In this document: one piece after another, positions 8,760 through 19,179 of the stretch
Numbering within the stretch: the first letter of the stretch is position 1
Layout: each line of letters begins with the position of its first letter
DNA from: a virus
Taxonomy: Duplodnaviria > Caudoviricetes
Length of the DNA: 54,025 bases
Direction: 5' to 3' (one strand)
Virus record (IMG/VR): IMGVR_UViG_3300008448_000113
Span: 1-54,025 of that record
Notes under the pieces: generated by a model
Databases searched by the model: none
Told to the model about the DNA's origin: nothing
Seen by the model: the letters and a program-made list of their open reading frames with translations, nothing else
Made by a program: the position numbers and the translations under genes

Positions 8760-10629
8760 ACGAGTAATCTTCACCTGGGGAAGATTTAAAGGACACTCCT
8801 TAGCACATGCTGCGAGGAGTGTTCCTTCGTATCTAGAATGGATGTCAGGTCAAGAAGGATTACCCGAAGCGTGGCGTATTGCTGCCGCAAAAACTTTATT
8901 GGGTGAGGATATCGATGATTTGGACTTACCAAGAACCAGTTCCCCTACCATATCTTATAAAAATTTACCAGATACAAAATCCGATACTGTCGAAGTCATT
9001 TTAGTTGATAAAAAGACGGCGGCTGTTATCATGCCATATAATAAAACTTTATTGGCAAAATTTAAATATGAAATTGATGGTCGTAAATGGAACAATGATG
9101 AAAAGCATTGGGAATTTCCAATTGTACATTTACCAAAGTTTTTTTCTGTATTTCCTGATGCAAAATGTAAACCTGACGTATTAAAGCGATTGGAAGAATT
9201 AAAAACTCGTCGTCAAGACTTGGATGAAATACGACAGCAAGAGGATACGGAATTTAAAATCAAGGGTATGAAGTTAGACTTATATCCCTATCAAAAGATT
9301 GGTGTACAATTTGTGGATAGAGCAGGAGGTCGTTGTCTTATTGCGGATGCACCTGGATTAGGTAAGACCGTACAAGCGATTGCATACGCACAACATCATA
9401 ATTTAAAAACTATTATTGTGTGTCCTTTGTCCGTGGTAATCAATTGGCAACGTGAAATTAAAAAGTTTACCGGAAAGGAGAGTACTATATGGGATTCAAA
9501 GGGGTATGACGGTAAACTCGGAAATCAATTTCATATTACACATTATGATGCTGTTTCTAAAAATAATCATTGGCTTCGTGACCAAAAGTTCGATTTACTT
9601 GTGTGTGACGAAGCAACCTATCTTAAGAACCGTCAAACAATTCGTGCAAAAAGTGTCTTGGGTTCATACAAAGAGCGAAGAAAATATCCAGGTATTAAAA
9701 CCAAGTATAGTATCTTTCTTACCGGAACTCCTGTCATGTCTCGTCCTATTGAGGCGTTTTCATTATTAAACTTTTTGGACAAAGAACGATTCAATAATTT
9801 TTATCATTTTGTAGAACGGTATGGTGGATGGAAAGGTGATGCTCCTCGTAACTTACAAGACCTCCACGATCGTACTAAAGATTTGGTCATACGTAGAAAG
9901 AAAAGTGAAGTATTAACCGAACTTCCATCAAAACAACGAAATGATTTGTACGTAGAATTATCAAAAGACGAAAACAAAGAATATCAAAAATTATTAAAAG
10001 AAGTATTTGGTAAATGGAAGTTGGAAGGAAGACCATCTGTCACCCATATGCCAAAACTACAAGCGTTTTTGATACAACAGAAAATGCCACGATTGATAGA
10101 AATGATTGATGAATTTCTAGATAACGATAGACCTATATTAATTTTTAGTTGTTATATTGCTCCCTTGAAGTATTTGTTAAATCATTATGGTGACAAAGCA
10201 GCAATATTAACGGGGGAAATGAATAGAAATGACCGTCAAGAAACTATCGATAAATTAACGAGTGGACAAGCCAAGGTAGGATTATTCAGTCTCCGTGCCG
10301 CGGGTATGGGTATCGATGGATTACAAAAAGTTATCGATACCGTTGTATTTATCGATATGGATTGGACACCAGCAAACCATGAACAGGCCGAGGACCGTAC
10401 ACACCGTATAGGACAAACCAATCAAGTGCAGGCGTACTATATGATGTGTCAGGATACGATAGACGAATATATGCGGGACATTCTACGGGAAAAACAACAA
10501 GTCGCTGACCTTATTGTTGACGGGGCTTTGGTCACCCCTGAAAGTAATAAATCGTTTTTTAAAGAATTTGTTCGTAGAATTAATAAGGTGTACGATGGTG
10601 GTTTTACCGAAGAAAATATCACAGACTGA
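8737..10629 (+). CDS. SNF2-family (SF2) helicase
   Basis: DAPGLGKT, DEAT, LTGTP and QAEDRTHRIGQ motifs; N-terminal FTWGRFKG...PSYLEW module. Confidence 0.9.
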   Translation: MNLHPSSERVIFTWGRFKGHSLAHAARSVPSYLEWMSGQEGLPEAWRIAAAKTLLGEDIDDLDLPRTSSPTISYKNLPDTKSDTVEVILVDKKTAAVIMPYNKTLLAKFKYEIDGRKWNNDEKHWEFPIVHLPKFFSVFPDAKCKPDVLKRLEELKTRRQDLDEIRQQEDTEFKIKGMKLDLYPYQKIGVQFVDRAGGRCLIADAPGLGKTVQAIAYAQHHNLKTIIVCPLSVVINWQREIKKFTGKESTIWDSKGYDGKLGNQFHITHYDAVSKNNHWLRDQKFDLLVCDEATYLKNRQTIRAKSVLGSYKERRKYPGIKTKYSIFLTGTPVMSRPIEAFSLLNFLDKERFNNFYHFVERYGGWKGDAPRNLQDLHDRTKDLVIRRKKSEVLTELPSKQRNDLYVELSKDENKEYQKLLKEVFGKWKLEGRPSVTHMPKLQAFLIQQKMPRLIEMIDEFLDNDRPILIFSCYIAPLKYLLNHYGDKAAILTGEMNRNDRQETIDKLTSGQAKVGLFSLRAAGMGIDGLQKVIDTVVFIDMDWTPANHEQAEDRTHRIGQTNQVQAYYMMCQDTIDEYMRDILREKQQVADLIVDGALVTPESNKSFFKEFVRRINKVYDGGFTEENITD

Positions 10630-10667
10630 TATTTATATAAAGTATTTACAATATAAGGAGTTATTTT

Positions 10668-11414
10668 ATGTCAAATGTTACATTCCCTACGGAAATTATC
10701 GATTTACCAAGTAAAGGGAAATTTTATCCAGTAGGGCATCCACTGGCGTCTGGGCAAGTTGAGTTAAAATATATGACCGCCAAGGAAGAAGATATTTTAA
10801 CTTCTACAAATCTTATTCAAAAGGGTGTTGTTTTGGATAAACTAATCGATAGTTTGATTGTTACCAAAGGTGTTACCCACGAAGATTTTCTAATTGGGGA
10901 TTTAAACGCAGTCATGGTTGCAGCACGTATTCTTGGATACGGTAAGGACTACGAGATGTCGATTACGTGTCCTAAGTGTAATACAGAACAAGATCATGTT
11001 GTAGACTTAACTGAGTTGGATACAAAGGAATTATCCGAAGATGCAAGTTTGTCATTCAAACTACCAGCGAGTGGTAGGACGGTCAAAATTCAACTAATGA
11101 CACGTAAGTTGGAAAAAAATATAGATAAAGAATTAACGGCTATTAAGAAGGTGGGATTACAAGTAGAACCAGAAGCATCCACTCGTCTTCGTTATATTAT
11201 TTCGGAAGTTGATGGTGTTTCTGATCAAAAAACTATTCGTGAAACGGTAGAAAATATGTTAGTACGTGATACCAAGGCACTTCGTGACTTCTATAAGTCT
11301 GTCACGCCGGATGTACAATTTGAATCTATTTTTACATGTTCAAATTGTTCACATACCGATAAATTGCCAATCGGTATCGGCATTAACTTTTTTTGGCCTG
11401 ACGCAAGAGTATAG
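10668..11414 (+). CDS. Baseplate hub / tail assembly chaperone (T4 gp26-like)
   Basis: LPSKGKFYP, MTAKEEDIL, two CxxC pairs, NFFWP ending; lies upstream of the tape measure gene. Confidence 0.7.
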   Translation: MSNVTFPTEIIDLPSKGKFYPVGHPLASGQVELKYMTAKEEDILTSTNLIQKGVVLDKLIDSLIVTKGVTHEDFLIGDLNAVMVAARILGYGKDYEMSITCPKCNTEQDHVVDLTELDTKELSEDASLSFKLPASGRTVKIQLMTRKLEKNIDKELTAIKKVGLQVEPEASTRLRYIISEVDGVSDQKTIRETVENMLVRDTKALRDFYKSVTPDVQFESIFTCSNCSHTDKLPIGIGINFFWPDARV

Positions 11415-11589
11415 GTTAGCGGTACATAAAGTCATTTTTTCTATGATATATTATGGAAAGGGTGGCTTTACATTCCAAGATTTATATAATATGCCCGTGT
11501 TCTTGCGCGGCTTCTATTTGAAGGAAATGAACGACGCAGTAGAAAACCATAATGCAGAGATAGAAAAAATTAAAAATAAAACTAGATGA
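11389..11589 (+). CDS. Tail chaperone extension (gp51-like), probably reached by +1 frameshift
   Basis: The +1 frame reads FFGLTQEYR...YNMPVFLR from the T7 run at 11388-11394; no SD-supported start. Confidence 0.6.
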   Translation, partial: FFGLTQEYRLAVHKVIFSMIYYGKGGFTFQDLYNMPVFLRGFYLKEMNDAVENHNAEIEKIKNKTR

Positions 11590-11597
11590 GATAATCA

Positions 11598-14321
11598 ATG
11601 GCGATAGATGATAATCTTGATTTTAGAGATCAAGTCAAAAAAGCAGAGTTTGAAAAACTAGCACAGAATTCCAGAAGTCTTGCCGCTAATCTATCAGCTG
11701 CCAGTAAAGAATCAAATAATTTTATACAACGGTTAATATTAAATAACAAAGCTATCTCTGCACAACAAAAATCTATCTCACAACAGTTAATCGCGGATAG
11801 AGCTCAATTAAGATTAAATACTGAACGGTCCCGTTTATTACAAGACGACAATAATAGATTAAAACGACTAATACAACAAAAAAAGGCAGAAGCTGAATTA
11901 ATAGCCACCACGGGAAGAGATTCTCGTGGACGATTTAGGGGTGCCGCTGACATCGATAGATTGTCTACCGAGGCCAACACATTAACGTCACAATACCAAG
12001 GTCAAGTTTTAACGCAACGATCGTTAATGGCAGAATCGGAAGGATTGGAACAAAGTATGAGTCAATCCGGTAAGGAATTAAAAGGTTTGAAGATGCAAGG
12101 CATCGCTATGGCTGCGCAAGAAATATCCAAGGTCATTAAACAGTTTGCCGATGCAATGGCACAATTGGTAAATCTTATATACAAAACACAACAAGATTTA
12201 ACAGTACAGATGGGTACTGCGACCGACGTATTGTTCGATGCGCAGATGAATGTTATACAATCGTACATGCCGTTTAGCGGTGGTCCAATACTTAATAGAG
12301 ATGAAATTGTAAATGCATTTTCGAGTTTTAAGAAAGAATTTGGAACAATATTATCGTCGGAAGAAGCAACACGTATTGCAGCGGAATCTAAAAGATTAGG
12401 TATTTCATCTGACACGTATGTAAAGGCTAGACGAGCATTCTTGGGAACTGGTAATGCAGAAACCGTTAGAATGCAAGCAATGGCAGAATTCCAGAAACAA
12501 GGATTATCTGCCGGCGCAGCATTACAATATGCGGCGGAAAATGCCGATTTATTAGCAATTGCCGGTGATAAATACGCAGATTCATTATTTAAAGCGGCAG
12601 CGGAATCCAAGAAGATTGGTGTTAATCTTCGTGATATAGAAAAATTTGCAAATAGTCTTGTTGGTGACTTTGAAGGATCATTAGAAAATTTCGCTGAATT
12701 AAGTGCCCTTGGTGTTGAGATGGACTTCAACAAATTGGCAGAAGCTGCGGCTACCGGTACACCGGAAGAAATGCAAGCGGTACTCAAAGAACAATTAAGT
12801 TTATCGGGTATTACTGGTGAAGAATTACAACGAAATCGACAACTTAGATTATCACTATCACAAACCACAGGTCTAGACGACGCAAGTATATTACGATTGG
12901 CGGGTGTTGTACAACAACCAACAGAACAAACGGTTGAAGAAAAACAAGTAACACTCCTATCCAGTATATCAGAAAACATAGCAAAACTAACTAGAATATT
13001 TGCTGTAGCGGCTGGTATAATTGGCGGTGGTCTTGCCGGATTTGCTGCTAGTGGAGGAAACCCATTTGGTGCGATAGTTGGTGCAATCACAGGTGGTTAT
13101 GCTGCTACGAAGTTTGCAACCGGTGGATTTGTACGTGGGGCAGGAACATCAACTAGTGATAGCATTCCTGCGATGTTATCTGATGGTGAATACGTATTAA
13201 ATGCTGGTGCGGTTAGAAGTTTGGGTGTTGATACATTGAATAGTTTAAATTCAATGAAACCAGACGGTATTTCTGACGATGACGATACCATGTATCTAAA
13301 ACGTGGTGGTCCGGTAAAGAAGAAACGGAAAGCAAAACTAGAAAAACCAACAGAACCACAACCTGAACAATTTACCTTACTTGGAAAAACCTACAATAGA
13401 ATCAATAAAGATATTCCAACGTGGGCGGAAAAGGCATTAATTTTATCAATTTCCGCTGCGGGACGAGTCGCATCAGCTTTTTCACAAGATCCAAAGGCCG
13501 ATATATTCAAACAAGCTGTATTGGACAGACGAACAAAACCATTCACAGAAAATGATTTTTCAGCTGAAATGTTGGACAGTTTGGCGATGTTATATGCTAC
13601 TCTACCAAAACCAAAAAATGCAATACGTGATTATAATAGTTACAAAAATGCAAAACAAATGCTTTCTGGCTTCGGTAATGTAGCAAAAAATATTAATGAG
13701 TGGGAACTGATAATAGGTAGAGCTAATATTAGTAAATCAAAGACCGGTGTAAAATTTTCCGACGTTTATGATTTTAATGATTATGAATCCTCTAAGTGGC
13801 TTTCGTCCAAGGGACGAAGTAAAGACGAAGGTATTCTTACCAAATGGGGACTCGACGTTGCGGGAAATAGAAAAATTGGGATATCAAATATAATGTCGTG
13901 GTTGGGTAGACGAGCATTACCTGGTGATGTGGGTGGGGTTCCCGTAGAAGTACAACTCAATAATGACCAATTAAAAGTTGCAAAAAGTCAATTGAAGTCT
14001 GTGGGATTACCGAAAAAACACGCAGGTGGACTTATCGGTGGTCAAGGTGAAGTACCTACCATGTTGGAGGCTGGTGAATTCGTAGTAAGCGCCAAAGCTA
14101 CACAAGCGTATGGAAGTGATATGTTAGGTAAAATAAATACTGGAGCATACGCACAGGAACAACCTGTTGTTAATAACAATGTAAAGGTTGACACTGGTCG
14201 ATTGGAAGCAAAAATGGACAATTTAGTTTCTGCAATACGATCCATGAAAGTTGAAATGAATGGTTATGAAGTTGGTCATGTCTCGTTTAATGAAGCACGT
14301 ACACCACTACGAGTAAGATAA
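11598..14321 (+). CDS. Tape measure protein
   Basis: Long Ala/Gln-rich helical protein with a Gly-rich hydrophobic segment and FATGG...SDSIPAMLSDGEYV motif; follows the chaperone pair. Confidence 0.75.
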   Translation: MAIDDNLDFRDQVKKAEFEKLAQNSRSLAANLSAASKESNNFIQRLILNNKAISAQQKSISQQLIADRAQLRLNTERSRLLQDDNNRLKRLIQQKKAEAELIATTGRDSRGRFRGAADIDRLSTEANTLTSQYQGQVLTQRSLMAESEGLEQSMSQSGKELKGLKMQGIAMAAQEISKVIKQFADAMAQLVNLIYKTQQDLTVQMGTATDVLFDAQMNVIQSYMPFSGGPILNRDEIVNAFSSFKKEFGTILSSEEATRIAAESKRLGISSDTYVKARRAFLGTGNAETVRMQAMAEFQKQGLSAGAALQYAAENADLLAIAGDKYADSLFKAAAESKKIGVNLRDIEKFANSLVGDFEGSLENFAELSALGVEMDFNKLAEAAATGTPEEMQAVLKEQLSLSGITGEELQRNRQLRLSLSQTTGLDDASILRLAGVVQQPTEQTVEEKQVTLLSSISENIAKLTRIFAVAAGIIGGGLAGFAASGGNPFGAIVGAITGGYAATKFATGGFVRGAGTSTSDSIPAMLSDGEYVLNAGAVRSLGVDTLNSLNSMKPDGISDDDDTMYLKRGGPVKKKRKAKLEKPTEPQPEQFTLLGKTYNRINKDIPTWAEKALILSISAAGRVASAFSQDPKADIFKQAVLDRRTKPFTENDFSAEMLDSLAMLYATLPKPKNAIRDYNSYKNAKQMLSGFGNVAKNINEWELIIGRANISKSKTGVKFSDVYDFNDYESSKWLSSKGRSKDEGILTKWGLDVAGNRKIGISNIMSWLGRRALPGDVGGVPVEVQLNNDQLKVAKSQLKSVGLPKKHAGGLIGGQGEVPTMLEAGEFVVSAKATQAYGSDMLGKINTGAYAQEQPVVNNNVKVDTGRLEAKMDNLVSAIRSMKVEMNGYEVGHVSFNEARTPLRVR

Positions 14322-14322
14322 T

Positions 14323-16365
14323 ATGGCAAAAATCTTCAGTAAGATAGCAGAAAAAAATACAGGACTACAACAAGTATATAATGATTCTACTGTACAAGTG
14401 GAACCACTGAATTATATACGAAGTGTTATAACTAACACTCCAATGTCAACTGGAATTTTTGCAAACGATATTTTTCGTATTCAACGAATATATAACCTGT
14501 ACGCAACATCAGATAGACAGTATATCGAATTTACTGCAAATAAATTACGAATTGTTCCTATTGTACGTAAATCACGAACCAGTACAATTTATGACGCATT
14601 TCCTGCAAATGTAAATCCGTGGGGTCAACAAACTATCACCAATACACCTATTGCGGGTACGTTGATTGAAATCAAACCTGATAGTAAGGATATACCAGAA
14701 CCAAGTCTTATGCGACAAGACTCGCAGACATTACCGATTATATCCGGTCCACGAGATGAAAAACGATTAGTTAAATATTTGAAAACTTCCGAAGGATTAA
14801 AGTTTTTAGCACAACAACAAGTTTTACAAGCAGGAAATACATTCAAGCAAACACGACGATATAATCCATTGTCCGTTCCCTTAGCAACGGCAAAGTATAC
14901 GTTGGCGAGTCTAACAAACCCATTAGAACGTGTTAGTCGTATGTTATCGGTTGATATGCAAAGTAGTGCGGGTGGTATTCCACAGATGTTAGATGTATCC
15001 GATATAGCAGGACGATTACAACAAGAAACGGTACTGGGTAAACAACAACAATTACAAATACGATTTGTTGGTGGTCAACAACAAGGTAGTAACAGAAATA
15101 CCTTACTCGGACAGGTAATACGAACTGGAATTAATCGTGGTATACAAACCATAGCCAACCGTACCAATATTAAGTTTTTTGGTCGTAAAGTTAATCTAGG
15201 TCAGTTGGGGCGAAAGATTGGATCTTTAGCACAGACAGCACAAGCAATCAATCGAGCATTGACTATTGATAATGCAACGTTACGAGAAAATCAAACGGCA
15301 TATGATGCATTGATTCGTGATGAGTTATGGCCACTGGTAAAAAATAAAGATGGAATTAAAATTAATTTCTTTATTGAAAAGAAAAATTATGTAGAACGTG
15401 CACAAAAGTCATTAGATTTGGCAAAGTTACGTGGGAAGTTGCATAATAACTTTTTCACTAAACCATATCCATCGATAGAAGAAGATTATAGAAGTTCCGA
15501 TTCGTACACAGAAGATGTACAAACCGATGTAGGATCTATAAATGGTGTTGTTAGTGCACGATATATGAAAGATCCTATGAATTTTGACGAATCTGGTAAA
15601 CCTGTTTTTACACCACGATTATTGGATGGTAAGCATTCCGACGAAGATTTTATAAAATTTAAAATTATAGTTCCCACTCTATATGATGAAGGAATTTATT
15701 TTCGTGCATTTATTCAAGATTTTAAACACGAAGCGAAGGGTGAATACGATGAACAAAGATATGTTGGTCGTCCTGAACGATTCGTGGTATATAAGGGTAT
15801 GAGTCGTTCTGTATCTTTTTCATTATACTTGACAGCGTTTTCCAAAGATGAATTATCCGCTGTGTGGGTTCGTGCAAATATGTTGAATAAACTCGTGTAT
15901 CCAGTTAATTCTCGTGGAGGATATATGACTCCTCCGTTAGTAAAGATGACACTTGGAAATATTTTGGTAGATCAACCTGGATATGTTACCGACATTAATA
16001 TGGATTTGTCGGATTCTACATGGGATATCGATGCGGAAGTAACACAATTCGTCAAACTCACAATCAATTTTAGTTTGTTGGAAAAGAATTTTATTACGCA
16101 AACAAATGCAAATCCGGTAGCAGGAACAGATTTGTTCGCAAATCAATTGATAACAGAACAACTGGACAAAACACCAATATTATCTAGAGATCTTGGAATC
16201 AATATAAACTTACCACAAATTGATTTACGACCAACAAATGATCCTCTCTCACAAGAAAATCTTAGGTCTGATATACAGGCAACAATACAGAACCGTAATG
16301 ATAGAATAGCAAAGGAAGCTATAAAACAAGCTGATAGAATTAACAATCTCCTAAGTAGAGCATAA
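14323..16365 (+). CDS. Putative baseplate / tail-tube initiator protein
   Basis: Position after the tape measure gene; C-terminal FRAFI..YVGRPE...PPLVKMTLGN resembles a tube-like domain. Confidence 0.55.
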   Translation: MAKIFSKIAEKNTGLQQVYNDSTVQVEPLNYIRSVITNTPMSTGIFANDIFRIQRIYNLYATSDRQYIEFTANKLRIVPIVRKSRTSTIYDAFPANVNPWGQQTITNTPIAGTLIEIKPDSKDIPEPSLMRQDSQTLPIISGPRDEKRLVKYLKTSEGLKFLAQQQVLQAGNTFKQTRRYNPLSVPLATAKYTLASLTNPLERVSRMLSVDMQSSAGGIPQMLDVSDIAGRLQQETVLGKQQQLQIRFVGGQQQGSNRNTLLGQVIRTGINRGIQTIANRTNIKFFGRKVNLGQLGRKIGSLAQTAQAINRALTIDNATLRENQTAYDALIRDELWPLVKNKDGIKINFFIEKKNYVERAQKSLDLAKLRGKLHNNFFTKPYPSIEEDYRSSDSYTEDVQTDVGSINGVVSARYMKDPMNFDESGKPVFTPRLLDGKHSDEDFIKFKIIVPTLYDEGIYFRAFIQDFKHEAKGEYDEQRYVGRPERFVVYKGMSRSVSFSLYLTAFSKDELSAVWVRANMLNKLVYPVNSRGGYMTPPLVKMTLGNILVDQPGYVTDINMDLSDSTWDIDAEVTQFVKLTINFSLLEKNFITQTNANPVAGTDLFANQLITEQLDKTPILSRDLGININLPQIDLRPTNDPLSQENLRSDIQATIQNRNDRIAKEAIKQADRINNLLSRA

Positions 16366-16367
16366 CT

Positions 16368-16637
16368 ATGGAAAACAAATACATATCGGATTTACAGGTT
16401 GAAAAAACGTTGGAAGGTAAATCATACTATACCACGGTAATACCATCGCAAGTACAACGAGATTTGTTTGAATTTTCTATTGTAACTAGAGGAATTCAAC
16501 GATTTGATAATCTTGCGTACAAGTATTACAAAGATGCTAGTAAGTGGTGGATTATTGCAAAAGCGAATAATATGGTTGATGGGAATCTATTTATTGAACC
16601 TGGGACACGTATAGTCATTCCATCAGTAGGTTTATAA
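16368..16637 (+). CDS. LysM-like baseplate wedge protein (gp53/tail X-like)
   Basis: RFDNLAYKYYKDASKWWIIAKAN...PGTRIVIP pattern. Confidence 0.7.
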   Translation: MENKYISDLQVEKTLEGKSYYTTVIPSQVQRDLFEFSIVTRGIQRFDNLAYKYYKDASKWWIIAKANNMVDGNLFIEPGTRIVIPSVGL

Positions 16638-16638
16638 T

Positions 16639-19173
16639 ATGTCAATTGGTTCACCGTTTGAAAAGTTTAATGTCTTTGATGAAGATATACAAAAAGAATT
16701 AGAAGCTCGTCGATTGTCCGACAATCTTGTAGAAATTAGAACGCCATTTTTACGATATACTACAACGGTAGAGTTTCCTACCGCACAATGGTACACAGAC
16801 TTAGCTAAAAAAGCTGGTGCTACGGACGCATTTAATTACATAGCACCATACGATTTGGGAAGATACGCTGGATGTAAGTTCTTCACACTCGGTGTTCATG
16901 GATTGGATGACGATAAATCTCTGTTTGATAGTATGTACGGAGTGCAAGATAATTCTGGATTAATTGTAGGTACTACATATTCGCAAGAAGATAATACACA
17001 ACGTCTGGTCAGAACTAGTCAATTTGGTAATTCAGTTACAAAACTAGACCAACGATTCGACTCACCACAATCATATCCACCACCAGGAATAGAAAGTGCT
17101 ACCGTTGAACGATTACGAAACGGAAATGTGTTGAAGTTTATGGTAAATGTTGTCTGTTATACAAAACAACAATTAGACATGTTGGAATTATTGGCATTTT
17201 CACCTGGAATGACTTGTGTGTTAGAGTGGGGAAATCTTATATCTACTCCATTTGGTGAAAAAGGATTACGTAAAGATAGAATATTGAATTTCAGAAATGT
17301 ACGTGATACTGAACTTGGGTTGGATTATTGGATAAAGTTGATGACCGGTGGATTACGCCGTCGTGGAGCTTCCAAAGGTGCTCGTAGTTTATTTATAGAC
17401 GCGGTATGTAAACCAAACAATTATCATTATGATTATGCAATTGCAAGAATTGCAAATGTAAAAACAGAAGTTGCAAATAACAAGTATAGTACAACGGTAA
17501 TTGCGTATGGTGTGGCAGATAACATCATGCATATATCTGCATACGCAACAAATAACTCAGATTTTGCAGAAGAACCAAACAATAAAGAAAACACATACAT
17601 CACATCTATTCGTGAGTATTTTGCTCCACGGTCGAAGTTTAATTATTTATTGAACAACATGGTACAAGATACGCAGATTGTAAAGTTTGATGAACCTGAC
17701 AATGCCAATGAAGTAACTGGACCTGGTGCCGCTGCGGGAGCGGGAACACCAACCAATGACTTGGGACAAGAACAAACATTTTACATTACACTAAAAAAGT
17801 TTATAGAATATTTTATTAATAATCCAGAAGATGGAGTAGCTAAAATAGTAAACGCATCACTTAATATAAGTGATAGTGTCAATACAAAAAATAATAGAAA
17901 TGATAGCGTGGAATTATTGGTGGATGTTACCGATTTAAAAATTGGGTATAATGAATTGCTAAGGTCAACCGATCCGTCAACAATTTTGATTGTAAATAAA
18001 CGTGCGATGGATAGGGCAGATATATCAAAGACGGTAAAGGAATATCTGAACACCCAAACACAAAAAGTACAAACGAGTAACAATAAAAAACCACTTGTCA
18101 GTAAAATAGAAGGTAATCAATTTCTTCAAGTAGAACCGGATGGAAATCCCTCTGGAGTTGCATCGGCTGCAACCGGTATTTGGTTGAATAGTAAAATGAT
18201 ACAAGAGGTATTTTTACAAGCACGAACATTTCATGAAGCTATGGAAACCATATTGAATAGAATAAATTCTGCAACCGAAGGGTATTGGGATTTAGGATTG
18301 ATGTATGACGAAGAATATTCTGCTTTTAGAATTGTTGATGGTAATTTAAAAGAATTTCCAAAAGCACCGCAGAAGATATACACATTCAATAAAAGATTAC
18401 CAAATAATCCAACATCACAAGGAGTTGAAGGGCCTGAGGTATTGGATATAAAGATTAATATGGATTACCCCAAACTATTAATTTCGCAGTTGGGTATATC
18501 CGCATTGAGTAATTCTTCGGGAAATCCAGATAGAAAAGATTTAAATTTTGCAAGAAATCCATTACTTGGACCTAGACTATGGGACATATTTAGAAAAGAA
18601 CAACCGTTCGATAAGTCTAGAAGCAAAACACAACAAACTCCACCACCGAGTAATGTTGCGAGTAAAGTTGATGAGTTTGTAAAATCCACGTTGAAAAATT
18701 CTCTATATGATGATGTCCGTACAAATTTAACCCGACAACTAAATATAGCGGGATTTGATACATTACCAATCAACACTAGACAAGCATTGACTTCGATATT
18801 TTCCATACAACGTCCTCTTACACAAGACGAAGCACGGGGATTTTTAAATATCATTCAATCCGATGATTTAACTATCAGTCAAGTTAATGCTATCAAAGTT
18901 GTATTGGGATTACGATCCGAAGCGATTATAAAACAAGCGAAGAAATTAGAATATAATAGTTGGGATGGTTTTGAGTTTACTTTGGCACGTGTAACAAAAG
19001 CAGATGTGTCGAATCAAATAAAAACTGTGAAGAATAATATTAAAAATAGTGAAACATCCTTATTAAATTTAATTAATGGTAGATCTGCATCGACAGTACA
19101 ACCACCACCAAATCAAAATGAATTGCGACCAAACACGCAACCAGCAGGTGGTTTACCTGGAGCAATTAGGTAA
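16639..19173 (+). CDS. Putative baseplate hub protein, N-terminal part
   Basis: PPPGIES and PGMTCVLEWG motifs; tail module context. Confidence 0.5.
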   Translation: MSIGSPFEKFNVFDEDIQKELEARRLSDNLVEIRTPFLRYTTTVEFPTAQWYTDLAKKAGATDAFNYIAPYDLGRYAGCKFFTLGVHGLDDDKSLFDSMYGVQDNSGLIVGTTYSQEDNTQRLVRTSQFGNSVTKLDQRFDSPQSYPPPGIESATVERLRNGNVLKFMVNVVCYTKQQLDMLELLAFSPGMTCVLEWGNLISTPFGEKGLRKDRILNFRNVRDTELGLDYWIKLMTGGLRRRGASKGARSLFIDAVCKPNNYHYDYAIARIANVKTEVANNKYSTTVIAYGVADNIMHISAYATNNSDFAEEPNNKENTYITSIREYFAPRSKFNYLLNNMVQDTQIVKFDEPDNANEVTGPGAAAGAGTPTNDLGQEQTFYITLKKFIEYFINNPEDGVAKIVNASLNISDSVNTKNNRNDSVELLVDVTDLKIGYNELLRSTDPSTILIVNKRAMDRADISKTVKEYLNTQTQKVQTSNNKKPLVSKIEGNQFLQVEPDGNPSGVASAATGIWLNSKMIQEVFLQARTFHEAMETILNRINSATEGYWDLGLMYDEEYSAFRIVDGNLKEFPKAPQKIYTFNKRLPNNPTSQGVEGPEVLDIKINMDYPKLLISQLGISALSNSSGNPDRKDLNFARNPLLGPRLWDIFRKEQPFDKSRSKTQQTPPPSNVASKVDEFVKSTLKNSLYDDVRTNLTRQLNIAGFDTLPINTRQALTSIFSIQRPLTQDEARGFLNIIQSDDLTISQVNAIKVVLGLRSEAIIKQAKKLEYNSWDGFEFTLARVTKADVSNQIKTVKNNIKNSETSLLNLINGRSASTVQPPPNQNELRPNTQPAGGLPGAIR

Positions 19174-19179
19174 TAAATT

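Noticed and set aside
12062-13090. 342-aa minus-strand ORF
   Set aside because: Antisense shadow of the tape measure gene, with no motifs or expression signals.
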